Shown here piece after piece: positions 40,438 through 48,598 of a stretch of 64,000 bases of DNA. The translations under genes were made by a program, and so were the position numbers. Source of the DNA: an uncultured Actinomycetes bacterium (GTDB taxonomy: Bacteria; Actinomycetota; Thermoleophilia; Gaiellales; Gaiellaceae); NCBI GenBank assembly GCA_963742525.1, contig CAVUMD010000002.1, positions 168,025 to 232,024 on the forward strand. Reading direction: 5' to 3'. Positions within the stretch are counted from its first letter, which is position 1; the number at the start of each line of letters is the position of its first letter. Under the pieces are notes generated by a model, which was not told the origin of the DNA, ran no database searches, and was given only the letters and a program-made list of their open reading frames with translations.

Positions 40438-41277
40438 GTGAAGGAGTTGTCGCCCGTCCCGTCCGATGCACTGGCCGTGGCAACGCACGACCTGCGCAAG
40501 GAGTTCGTCCGCAAGGACAGAAAGCGCGGCAAGCGTCGTGTCGCGGCACTCGAGGACGTCACGCTCGAGGTCGCGCGCGGCGAGTGCGTCGCGATCCTCG
40601 GCCAGAACGGCTCGGGGAAGTCCACGCTCGTCCGGCTGCTCTCGACGCTGCTCCTGCCGGACGGCGGCACCGCGCGGGTCTTCGGCTACGACGTCGTTCG
40701 CGAGGACAAGGCCGTCCGCCGCCTCGTCAACAGGGTCTCGGTCGAGGCGAGCTTCTTCAAGAAGATGTCGCCCTCCGAGAACCTCCACTACGCGGCGCGG
40801 TTCTACGGCATGACGCTGTCGGAGACATCGGGGCAGATCCCGGAGATCCTCGGGCGAGTCGGGTTCCCGCCCGATCGGCGCACCGAGCCGATGGAGAACC
40901 TCTCCCGCGGGATGCAGCAGAAGGTTGCCCTCGCGAGGGCGCTTCTCACCTCGCCTGTCCTGCTCCTGCTCGACGAGCCGACGACCGGCCTCGACCCACG
41001 CTCGAAGCTCGAGGTGCAGAACTTCATCCGCGAGATGCGGGCGGCGCACGACTCGACGATCCTCCTCTGCACCCACGACCTCGGCGAGGCCGAAGCGCTC
41101 GCAGAGCGGGTGGGGATCCTCGACCGCGGCCGGCTGCTCGCGCTCGAGCCGGCCGAGCAGCTGAAGGCGCGATTCGAGGCGGAGACGCTCGAGGAGGCGT
41201 TCTTCGCCGCCACCGGGCGTGGGTTCGAGGAGGAGGAGGACGAGATGGACGCCGAGGAGAGGAGGGTCCTCGCATGA
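40438..41277 (+). CDS. ABC transporter ATP-binding protein (ABC-2 exporter type)
   Basis: 279 aa with a GTG start. Walker A GQNGSGKST, signature LSRGMQQK and Walker B LLLLDEPT. Confidence 0.9.
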   Translation: MKELSPVPSDALAVATHDLRKEFVRKDRKRGKRRVAALEDVTLEVARGECVAILGQNGSGKSTLVRLLSTLLLPDGGTARVFGYDVVREDKAVRRLVNRVSVEASFFKKMSPSENLHYAARFYGMTLSETSGQIPEILGRVGFPPDRRTEPMENLSRGMQQKVALARALLTSPVLLLLDEPTTGLDPRSKLEVQNFIREMRAAHDSTILLCTHDLGEAEALAERVGILDRGRLLALEPAEQLKARFEAETLEEAFFAATGRGFEEEEDEMDAEERRVLA

Positions 41278-42107
41278 GAGCCGTCGCCCTCGAGCTGAAG
41301 CACGAGCTGATCGGCCTCGCCGGCGTCGTCGAGCGGAACGTCTACCTCACGCGGCGCTACATCTACTGGGACCTCGCGTTCTTCGTCTGGACCGTTGCCA
41401 ACACGCTCACGATCGTCTTCATCGCGAAGGGGATCGAGGCGACCGGCGGCTCGATCGACGTCGACCGCGCGACGACGACGCTCCTGATCGGGGCCGTCGT
41501 CTGGGCGTACCTCGGGATCATCTTCGAGTTCCTCACCGAGACGGTCGCATGGGAGCGATGGGAGGGGACGATCGAGTACACGTTCATGGCGCCGCTCTCC
41601 CGGGCGATGCACCTCGGCGGCTCCGGCGTCTTCGCGGTGCTCTACGGGCTCGTCCGCGCGATCCTGCTGTTCATCGTCGTGGCGCTGTTCTTCGGCCTGG
41701 CGTTCGAGGACGCGAACTTCGCGGCGGCGCTCGTGATCCTCATCGTTGCGTCTGTCTCGTTCTTCGGCATCGGGATGATGACCGCGGTCCTGCCGCTCAT
41801 CTCCCCGGAGAAGGGCGCCCAGCTCGGGTTCGTCGCCCAGGGCATGCTGCTCGTCGTTTCGGGCGTCTACTACCCGGTCGAGGTCCTGCCGGAGTGGATG
41901 CAGTGGCTGGCGAAGATCTCGCCCGCGACGTACGCGCTCGACGGGATCCGGGCCGCAATCCTCGACGGCGCGCCGCTCGGGTCGCTCTGGCACGACATCT
42001 GGCCGCTCCTGATCATCGGCGCGGTCTGCATTCCGCTCGGCCTGGCGATCTTCAACCGCGGCGAGGTGTACGCCAAGCGGCATGGCAAGCTGAAGCGGTC
42101 CGGATGA
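41274..42107 (+). CDS. ABC-2 type transporter permease
   Basis: In ORF 40365..42107 from ATG 41274 (ATGA overlap). Six predicted TM segments. Confidence 0.82.
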   Translation: MRAVALELKHELIGLAGVVERNVYLTRRYIYWDLAFFVWTVANTLTIVFIAKGIEATGGSIDVDRATTTLLIGAVVWAYLGIIFEFLTETVAWERWEGTIEYTFMAPLSRAMHLGGSGVFAVLYGLVRAILLFIVVALFFGLAFEDANFAAALVILIVASVSFFGIGMMTAVLPLISPEKGAQLGFVAQGMLLVVSGVYYPVEVLPEWMQWLAKISPATYALDGIRAAILDGAPLGSLWHDIWPLLIIGAVCIPLGLAIFNRGEVYAKRHGKLKRSG

Positions 42108-43078
42108 GCGTCGACGCGGACCTCGAGATCACCGAGCTCGCCCTCGACGACCGCGCGGGTCACGAGGCGTACGCGGCCGTCTGGAGCGCCGTGGTGCCGC
42201 GGTACCCGATCACCGCGGACGAGCTCGAACGGCGCCGCGTGCGCAAGCCCGACGACGTTCGCGTGATCGGCAGGATCGACTGGGCGGTCGCGGGCTGCGC
42301 CTCCGCGGTCCGCTCCGACCTGCCGGGCCGGACGTACATGGGCAACGTCGTCCTGCCGGAATACCGCCGCCGCGGGCTCGGTCGCGCGCTTCTCGAGCGC
42401 GTCGTCGTGGCTGCGAGGGCGCACGGGAGCGACGCCCTCGCGGTCGGGGTCGAGGAGGGAGACGAGGCCGGCGAGCGGTTCGCGGCGCGGTTCGGGCTTT
42501 GCGAGGTCTTGCGCGAGCTCGAGATCTCGCGTCCGGTCGGGCAAGGCGAGCCGGATCCCACACCACCCGAGGGAATCGTGCTCGTCGAGCTCGCCCGACA
42601 ACCGGATCTCTGCCGGGGTGCGTACTCGGTGGCGTGCGAGGCGCTCCGGCAGATGCCGCTCCACGCCCCGCTCGAGCTGCCCTCCTACGAGCGGTGGATG
42701 GACGAGGACGTGGCCGGACCGGACGTTCTCGAAGGCGGCACGCTGGTCGCTCTCGACGGCGAGCGTGTCGTCGGGTTCGTCAGCCTGCTCCGCCGCGCCG
42801 CCGACCCGCACCTCGCCGAGCATGGTCTCACCTCGGTCGCCGCGAGCCACCGCAACCGGGGCATCGCAACCGCGCTCAAGCAGGCGCAGATCTCGTGGGC
42901 ATCGCGGAACGGCTTCCGCGAGCTGATGACCTCGACGCAGGACGCGAACGCGCCGATGCGGGCCGTGAACGACAAGCTCGGGTACGAGCCGCGGCCCGCC
43001 TGGATCCGCCTCGAGGCACCGCTCGACGAGGTCGAGGCGGCGCTGGCGGCCGACGCCGGGCTGCGGCGCCGAGGCTAG
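42104..43078 (+). CDS. tandem-GNAT N-acetyltransferase (MshD-like architecture)
   Basis: In ORF 41219..43078 from ATG 42104 (ATGA overlap). Two acetyl-CoA motifs: VLPEYRRRGLGRALL and ASHRNRGIATALK. Confidence 0.75.
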   Translation: MSVDADLEITELALDDRAGHEAYAAVWSAVVPRYPITADELERRRVRKPDDVRVIGRIDWAVAGCASAVRSDLPGRTYMGNVVLPEYRRRGLGRALLERVVVAARAHGSDALAVGVEEGDEAGERFAARFGLCEVLRELEISRPVGQGEPDPTPPEGIVLVELARQPDLCRGAYSVACEALRQMPLHAPLELPSYERWMDEDVAGPDVLEGGTLVALDGERVVGFVSLLRRAADPHLAEHGLTSVAASHRNRGIATALKQAQISWASRNGFRELMTSTQDANAPMRAVNDKLGYEPRPAWIRLEAPLDEVEAALAADAGLRRRG

Positions 43079-43365
43079 CCGCGGCGGACGGACGCCCGGG
43101 CCCTGATGGGGATCGGTTCGGGCGGGCGTTGCGGGGAGAGCGGCAGCAGCCCTCGCCGGATGGCGAGCACCACGGCGTGCGTCCCGTTCCGCGCGCCGAG
43201 CTTCGCGATGATGCGCTTGCGGTACCCCTTGACGGTCTCGGAGGAGAGGTAGAGGCGCGCGCCGGTCTGGGCGGCGGTCTCACCCTCCGCGGCGGCGGCG
43301 AGGATCTCGGTCTCGCGGTCGGTGAGCGGCTCCCCTTGCAGCACCTCGGCGAGCAGGCTGGTCAT
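43075..43365 (-). CDS. LuxR-family HTH-only protein (96 aa)
   Basis: ORF 43075..43644 trimmed to ATG 43365 (MTSLLAEVLQGEPLTDRETEILAAAAEGETAAQTGARLYLSSETVKGYRKRIIAKLG). ATGA overlap with the upstream sigma gene stop. Confidence 0.75.
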   Translation of the reverse strand: MTSLLAEVLQGEPLTDRETEILAAAAEGETAAQTGARLYLSSETVKGYRKRIIAKLGARNGTHAVVLAIRRGLLPLSPQRPPEPIPIRARASVRRG

Positions 43366-43892
43366 GCCGCGCGTCTCCTGACCCGGGTCGAGCCGTTGTG
43401 CACGAGCGTGTACACCCGGTCGGCGCTGACACCGAGGTCCTTCGCGACGTCGGCCGCGGTGTCGCCGTCGACCATCGTCCGGATGAGCGCGATGCGCTCT
43501 CGCTCCGGGATCGTCCCGAGCACGCGCAGTCGGTCGAGGTTCTCGACCGTGTCGTGCGGCGTGGGGCCGGGATCCGGGGGCTCGTACGCCTGGTCGCTCC
43601 TGACATTGTCCGTCAGGGCCGCGAACCCGACCACGTCGACCCAACGTCCGTTGCCGAGCGTGTTGCGGCGCGCACGGCTGCGGACGGTGTCCGTGATGGC
43701 GCCGCGGACGTACGGCGTCGCGAAGGCGGGGAACGGGACGCCGTACGACGGGTCATACCGCTTGGCCGCCTTCGCGAGCGCGAGGTTGCCGTCGGCGACG
43801 AGGTCTTCCTGTTCGAGCGGGGTGTGTGCCCAGCGCCTCGCTTCACGGCGCGGCAGGTGGAGTGCTTGCTCGACGAGCGTCTCTTCGGTCAT
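43362..43892 (-). CDS. sigma-70 family RNA polymerase sigma factor (small, ECF/group 3-4 like)
   Basis: 176 aa. Region 2-like DLVADGNLALAKAAKRYDPSYGVPFPAFATPYVRGAI and region 4 HTH TAADVAKDLGVSADRVYTL. Confidence 0.75.
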   Translation of the reverse strand: MTEETLVEQALHLPRREARRWAHTPLEQEDLVADGNLALAKAAKRYDPSYGVPFPAFATPYVRGAITDTVRSRARRNTLGNGRWVDVVGFAALTDNVRSDQAYEPPDPGPTPHDTVENLDRLRVLGTIPERERIALIRTMVDGDTAADVAKDLGVSADRVYTLVHNGSTRVRRRAA

Positions 43893-44170
43893 GCGCGAGT
43901 CGTGCCTCCTGAGTGGGGGACAGGGGCGACCGCAGCGGCGTCGTCACGCGCGGTTCGACGGTTCCGTTGGGGGATTGGGTCGCTTTGCATGGGGGGGCAT
44001 GCTTGGCGTCTGGCCCGAAGGCCGGTAACGGAAGGTCAAGACCCTACCAGGCGCATCGGCCGGGCGGACCGTGAACGGGAGTCAACGGTCCGGGCGTGAC
44101 GCGAGCGGCCGGCTCGTCCGGTGACGGCTGCCGACCGGCGGGTCGGAGTGGTAGTCTCACGCATGCTTTT

Positions 44171-44220
44171 CGAGGCAACGGGGCCTCGGGCGCGGAGTAT
44201 CCGTGCCCGAGGCTTTTGTC
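44171..44220 (+). promoter_or_regulatory. 5' leader element of glnA: hexaloop hairpin overlapping a terminator-like hairpin plus U-tract
   Basis: CGAGGC-AACGGG-GCCUCG (44171-44188). GCCUCGGGCGCGGA-gua-UCCGUGCCCGAGGC (44183-44213, 14 bp including 1 G-U) is followed by UUUUGUCGUUUUC. The AGGAGG RBS is at 44230-44235. Confidence 0.6.
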
Positions 44221-44241
44221 GTTTTCAAGGAGGAGACACCC

Positions 44242-45660
44242 ATGGCGAGACCTAGGTCGACCGGCGCGGCGAGCCGCTCCACGATGGTGAAGTCGAAGGA
44301 TCGCGCGACGTCGAGCGTCGCGTCGCGTCGGGCGGTTCTCAAGCGGATGCGCGACGAGGACGTGGAGCACGTCCTCTTCTGGTTCACCGATCTCGAGGGC
44401 CACCTGAAGTCGTTCGCCATCACCCCGTCGGAGATCCCGGACGCGCTGGACGACGGCATGGGATTCGACGGTTCGTCGATCACCGGCTTCAACCGGATCG
44501 AGGAGTCGGACATGGTCGCGATCCCCGACCCGGCGACGTTCCAGCTGCTGCCGCGGCCTGTCGACGAGCACGGCCATGAGGTCGGCTCGAAGGTCGCCCG
44601 CATGATCTGCGACGTCGTCCGCCCCGACGGCACGCCGTACAACGGCGACCCGCGCAACGTCCTCCGCGCGGCGCTCGACCGCATGAGGTCGCTGGGCTTC
44701 GACACGTTCAACGTCGGCCCGGAGCTCGAGTACTTCCTCTTCGAGGACGACAAGGATACGAAGACGCTCGACGAGGGCGGCTACTTCGCGATGACCGCGC
44801 AGGACGCCGCCACCGAGGTGCGCAACGACACGATCCATGCGCTGGAGTCGGTCGGCATCCCGATCGAGTACCACCACCACGAGGTCGCCCCGTCGCAGCA
44901 CGAGATCGACATGCGCTACGCCGACGCGCTCGCGATGGCCGACCACTGCATGACGTACCGGCTGATCGTGAAGGAGGTCGCGGCATGGCACGGCTACTAC
45001 GCGACCTTCATGCCGAAGCCGCTCTTCGGCGAGAACGGGTCGGGCATGCACACGCACATGTCGCTGTTCAAGAACGGGCGCAACCAGTTCTTCGACGCGA
45101 AGGACCCCCATCACCTCTCGAAGACGGCAAAGGCGTTCATCGCCGGGCTGCTCGTGCACGCGCGCGAGATGTCGGCCGTGCTCGCGCAGTGGGTCAACTC
45201 GTACAAGCGGCTCGTCCCCGGCTTCGAGGCGCCGGTCTACGTCGCGTGGTCGCAGCGCAACCGCTCGGCGCTGATCCGGATCCCGCTCTACAAGCCGGGG
45301 GAGGAGCAGGCGACCCGCGCGGAGATCCGCTGCCCCGACCCGGCCTGCAACCCCTACCTCGCGTTTGCGGCGCTGCTCCATGCCGGTCTCGAGGGGATCG
45401 AGCGCGGCTACGAGCTGCCGGACGAGATGACCACGAACCTCTACCGGCTCTCGGACGAGGAGCGTGAGGAGCAGGGCGTCGAGGCGCTGCCCGGCTCGCT
45501 CGGGGAGGCCGTCGAGGCGCTCGCTGGCTCGGAGCTCATGTCCCGTGCCCTCGGCGAGCACATTTTCCCGCGCTATGTCGAGCTCAAGCGGCGCGAGTGG
45601 GACGAGTACCGGATCCAGGTCAGCGAGTGGGAGAAGCGGCGCTACCTCTCCTCGCTCTAG
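44242..45660 (+). CDS. glnA: glutamine synthetase, type I
   Basis: ORF 44203..45660. Start chosen at ATG 44242, 6 nt after AGGAGG. Motifs FDGSSI, GPELEYFLF, EYHHHEVAPSQHEIDMRY, GSGMHTHMSL and NRSALIRIP. Confidence 0.93.
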   Translation: MARPRSTGAASRSTMVKSKDRATSSVASRRAVLKRMRDEDVEHVLFWFTDLEGHLKSFAITPSEIPDALDDGMGFDGSSITGFNRIEESDMVAIPDPATFQLLPRPVDEHGHEVGSKVARMICDVVRPDGTPYNGDPRNVLRAALDRMRSLGFDTFNVGPELEYFLFEDDKDTKTLDEGGYFAMTAQDAATEVRNDTIHALESVGIPIEYHHHEVAPSQHEIDMRYADALAMADHCMTYRLIVKEVAAWHGYYATFMPKPLFGENGSGMHTHMSLFKNGRNQFFDAKDPHHLSKTAKAFIAGLLVHAREMSAVLAQWVNSYKRLVPGFEAPVYVAWSQRNRSALIRIPLYKPGEEQATRAEIRCPDPACNPYLAFAALLHAGLEGIERGYELPDEMTTNLYRLSDEEREEQGVEALPGSLGEAVEALAGSELMSRALGEHIFPRYVELKRREWDEYRIQVSEWEKRRYLSSL

Positions 45661-45784
45661 CACTGGACATCGCTCGCCCGATGGCGCATGATCTCCGATG
45701 CGGAGGGAGCCGCTAGGCGAGCGGCGCCTTCCGTGTCTGACGGCCGATCGCGGGTCCCCGGTGGGGGCCCGTGGTCGTTCCGGC

Positions 45785-45885
45785 GATGGGGGAAACCATG
45801 ATTCCCCCACGGCCCCCTTCTTCTCGGGTCGCGCACGGGTGCGCCGCGCGCTTGGCCTCCCGCCGGGCTGAGCCCGGCTCCGGCC
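45785..45885 (+). repeat. ~100-nt structured intergenic repeat, copy C (most diverged), in the glnA 3' region
   Basis: GATGGGGGAA-accatga-TTCCCCCAC GGCCCCCTTCTTC ... GGCC TCCC GCCGGGC tga GCCCGGC TCC GGCC. Followed by hairpin CGCCGGCCG-acgcaca-CGGCCGGCG. Confidence 0.75.
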
Positions 45886-45920
45886 GCCGGCCGACGCACA
45901 CCGGCCGGCGTTCTCGCGTG

Positions 45921-46385
45921 TCAGGGTTTCCAGACCATGAGTGCGACGATGGCGACCGTCGCGACGAGCATCGAGCCGTCGAGAGTCAGTGCGACCGGGT
46001 CGCGGAGGCGTCGTGCGAGCTCGGGTGACGGAGTCTCGCGCTCGGCGGCCTCGCGTTCGGCCAGCTCGCGCGTCTTGCGGTCGAGCCTGCCGGCCACTGC
46101 GCCCGCGACGCCGAGCCACACGATCAACACGTAGGCCGCCTGCAGCCACCCGGAGTCGTACGGGACACGCAGCTCGTCGGCCAGCCAGACGCCCGCCCCC
46201 AGGGTCAGCAGCAGCCCCGTGCCGACGAGGGGCACGAGCGGCCGGACGGCACGCAGCAGGACGGCGCTCTCCGACGGTCGCTCCTTCCCGATCGCGAGGA
46301 GCCGCAACGCGGTCACGGCGATGCTGCCGCCGACGAACACGAGCACGCCCGAGAGGTGCAGGAAGAGGGCCCAGTCGCGCGCCAT
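45921..46385 (-). CDS. DUF2269/CopD-like 4-TM membrane protein
   Basis: 154 aa (MARDWALFLHLSGVLVFVGGSIAV...). Shares the LH-LS---V-VGG motif with the divergent neighbour at 46636. Confidence 0.65.
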   Translation of the reverse strand: MARDWALFLHLSGVLVFVGGSIAVTALRLLAIGKERPSESAVLLRAVRPLVPLVGTGLLLTLGAGVWLADELRVPYDSGWLQAAYVLIVWLGVAGAVAGRLDRKTRELAEREAAERETPSPELARRLRDPVALTLDGSMLVATVAIVALMVWKP

Positions 46386-46469
46386 CCGCCCGCGAAACTA
46401 GCGGCCGCGAAGCAGCCGATGCCTCGGTCGAAACCCGTAGCCTGAGGCCCTTGATGACCGCGCTCCAAA

Positions 46470-46569
46470 CGCGGGGGAACCACATGGTTCCCCCGCGAGC
46501 CCCCTCCTTCTGCGTCCGGCACGGGCGACCCGCGCTTGGCCTCCCGCCGGGCCGAGCCCGGCTTCGGCC
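46470..46569 (+). repeat. ~100-nt structured intergenic repeat, copy D, in the divergent region upstream of the CopD-like/pdtaS genes
   Basis: CGCGGGGGAACC-acat-GGTTCCCCCGCG AGCCCCCTCCTTC ... GGCC TCCC GCCGGGC cga GCCCGGC TTC GGCC. Confidence 0.8.
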
Positions 46570-46635
46570 GCGACCGGTGTCGCACCGATGTTCGGTGAGG
46601 GCGTCGACTCCCGTAGAGGATGGAGAGCGAAGGTG

Positions 46636-47106
46636 ATGACCGCGCTCCGGATCCTGCACGTGCTGTCGGCCTGCGTCTGGGTCGGCGGCACCGTGGCGCT
46701 CGTCTTCATCGGCGTGCCGGCGATCCGGCAGCTCGAAGGCGAGGCGCGCGCGACGGCCATGCGGGCGCTCGGTCGCCGCTGGCGCCCGATCGGGTGGAGC
46801 GCGATGGCGGTGGCGATCATCTCCGGCCTCTGGCTCACCGACCGGCACGGCGGCTTCGACCGCGCGGCGCTCGACACGGATTTCGACCGAACGCTCATCC
46901 TCAAGTCGGTGCTGGTCGCGCTGCTCGTCGTCGGCGGCCTGCTCCACGACTACGTCCTCGGACCGCGGCTGCAGCGGGAGCTCCGCTCCCGCGACGCGTC
47001 GGCGCCAGCGACCCGGCGGCGCCTCGTGCTCGTCGGCTGGTTCAACTTCGGGCTCACGATCGCCGTGCCGGCGCTCGGCGCAGTCGTGCTGTCGACCTTG
47101 GACTGA
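46636..47106 (+). CDS. CopD/DUF2269-like 4-TM membrane protein
   Basis: ORF 46588..47106 trimmed to ATG 46636 (MTALRILHVLSACVWVGGTVALVFIGVPAI...). GTG 46633 is an alternative start. Confidence 0.65.
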   Translation: MTALRILHVLSACVWVGGTVALVFIGVPAIRQLEGEARATAMRALGRRWRPIGWSAMAVAIISGLWLTDRHGGFDRAALDTDFDRTLILKSVLVALLVVGGLLHDYVLGPRLQRELRSRDASAPATRRRLVLVGWFNFGLTIAVPALGAVVLSTLD

Positions 47107-47118
47107 CGCGCGATCCAC

Positions 47119-48522
47119 GTGGACGACGCTGCACGTCATCTCGCGCTCCTCACCCGCACGACCGACGTCGTCAACTCGTCGCTCGACCTGCAGGAGGTGC
47201 TCGAGGCGATCGCGCACGAGGTCGCTGCCGCGCTCGAGACGGACGCGTGCTTCGTCTACCTCTACGACGAGCGCGCCGACGAGCTCGTGCTGCGCGCGAC
47301 CCATGGCACGCGGATCGAGGACGCGACGAGCGCGCCGCGGATGCGTCGGGGCGTGGGGATCACCGGGGTCGCAGCCGCCGAGCGCCGGCCGATCATGCTC
47401 GCCTCGGGCGCGCACCTCGACCCCCGCTTCAAGGCGTTCCCGAACCTGCGCGAGGACGAGTACGAGTCGATCCTCGCAGTGCCGATCCTCGCCCGCGACG
47501 TGCTCGAGGGGGCGCTGAACGTCCGCACACGCGATCCGCGATCGTTCACCGAGGCGGAGGTCGCGCTCCTCACGTCGATCGCCTCGCAGGTCGGACGGTC
47601 GATCGAGCACGCCAAGCTCTACGCGCAGGCGCGGCGGCGCGTGGACGAGCTCGAGGCACTCGCGCGGATCTCGGAGGCGGTCTCGGAGTCGCTCTACCTC
47701 GAGGAGTCGCTCGAGGCGATCGTCCGGACAACCGTCGAGTCGCTCCACGCGACGGGCGCCGCGGTCGTGCTCGAGGACGGGCGGATCGCGTGGCCGGAGG
47801 GCCGGGCGGGCGCCCACGCGGTGCGGCTCCCGCTCCGCTGGCGGGGGCGTGGGATCGGCGAGCTCGTCGTCGACCGTGATACGCCGTTTTCGGACGACGA
47901 CCGCCAGCTGCTCGACGCGATCGCGAACCAGGCCGCGGTCGCCCTCGAGCACGGTCGGATGGCGCTCCGCGGCGTGCTCGCCCAGGAGATCCACCATCGC
48001 GTCAAGAACAACCTTCAGACGGTCGCGTCTCTCCTGCGGCTCCAGGCGCGCGCCGACGGCGTCGACCCGCAGAAGGCGCTCGGGGACTCCGTCAACCGAA
48101 TCCTCGCGATCGCGGCCGTGCACGAGGAGCTGACAGAGCACCGCGAGGACGTCGTCGACCTCGCAGAGCTGCTCGCCCGACTTCGCGCAATGCTCGTCCA
48201 GGGGCTCGTCGTGGGCAAGCAGGTGACCGCGGACCTCGAGCCGGTCGAGCTCGCGGGACAGCGGGCGACCGCGCTTGCGGTCGTCTTCTCCGAGCTCCTG
48301 TCGAACGCCCTCGAGCACGGCGGGGACAGGGTCTCCATCGAGCTCGCGCGGGACGACGCCGACGTCCTGCTCGTCGTCGCAGACGACGGCTCCGGAATCG
48401 GCGCCGGTACGGACGGGACCGGGATGTCGATCGTGAGGGCACTCGTCCGCGACGAGCTGGGAGGATCGCTCGTGCTGGTCGACCGGGGCGGGCTCCGGGC
48501 AGAGGTGCGCTTCTCTGCGTGA
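47119..48522 (+). CDS. pdtaS: cytoplasmic GAF-domain sensor histidine kinase, HisKA_2 type (PdtaS-like)
   Basis: 467 aa, no TM segments, GTG start. N-terminal GAF domain (...LRATHG...GITGVAA...ILAVPI...), H-box EIHHRVKNNLQTVASLL and an HATPase domain with DDGSGI...GTGMSIV. Confidence 0.8.
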   Translation: MDDAARHLALLTRTTDVVNSSLDLQEVLEAIAHEVAAALETDACFVYLYDERADELVLRATHGTRIEDATSAPRMRRGVGITGVAAAERRPIMLASGAHLDPRFKAFPNLREDEYESILAVPILARDVLEGALNVRTRDPRSFTEAEVALLTSIASQVGRSIEHAKLYAQARRRVDELEALARISEAVSESLYLEESLEAIVRTTVESLHATGAAVVLEDGRIAWPEGRAGAHAVRLPLRWRGRGIGELVVDRDTPFSDDDRQLLDAIANQAAVALEHGRMALRGVLAQEIHHRVKNNLQTVASLLRLQARADGVDPQKALGDSVNRILAIAAVHEELTEHREDVVDLAELLARLRAMLVQGLVVGKQVTADLEPVELAGQRATALAVVFSELLSNALEHGGDRVSIELARDDADVLLVVADDGSGIGAGTDGTGMSIVRALVRDELGGSLVLVDRGGLRAEVRFSA

Positions 48523-48598
48523 CGACCTAGCACCGTTCCGTCATCGCGGCTTCGCGTTCCTCTGGCTTGCGGGACTCCTCTCGTTCGCGGGAGACTGG

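Noticed and set aside
43075-43078. Convergent genes whose stop codons overlap on opposite strands (CTAG at 43075-43078, and TTAG at 61265-61268).
   Set aside because: This is a trivial consequence of compact gene packing. The 4-nt sequence does not suggest a functional element.
44171-44213. A canonical ANTAR dual-hexaloop substrate in the glnA and PII-amt leaders.
   Set aside because: Only one hexaloop hairpin with A1/G4 is present per leader. The second hairpin (the top of the terminator) has a 3-nt loop. I keep the ANTAR link only as a hypothesis, not as a feature call.
44100-44241. Known glutamine riboswitch (glnA RNA or Downstream-peptide motif), or a T-box, upstream of glnA.
   Set aside because: I could not find the conserved E-loop and pseudoknot sequence of the glutamine-binding motifs, or a T-box specifier and T-box sequence. 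The element is too short (~50 nt) for those classes.
44163-44255. A 30-codon upstream ORF (ATG 44163, MLFEATGPRARSIRARGFCRFQGGDTHGET) as a leader peptide for the glnA attenuator.
   Set aside because: It has no RBS and no run of regulatory codons (for example Gln or Glu). It also overlaps the glnA start out of frame. There is no support beyond the presence of an ATG.
44044-48318. A 1424-aa uninterrupted minus-strand ORF spanning glnA, two membrane-protein genes, two repeat copies and the kinase gene.
   Set aside because: The composition is extremely Arg/Gly/Pro/Asp-rich with no recognisable motifs. It runs exactly codon-antisense to glnA, the CopD-like gene and pdtaS, all of which share one plus-strand frame. 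The first base of each antisense codon therefore pairs with the GC-rich third codon position, and stop codons are almost impossible. It is an artefact of the GC content.
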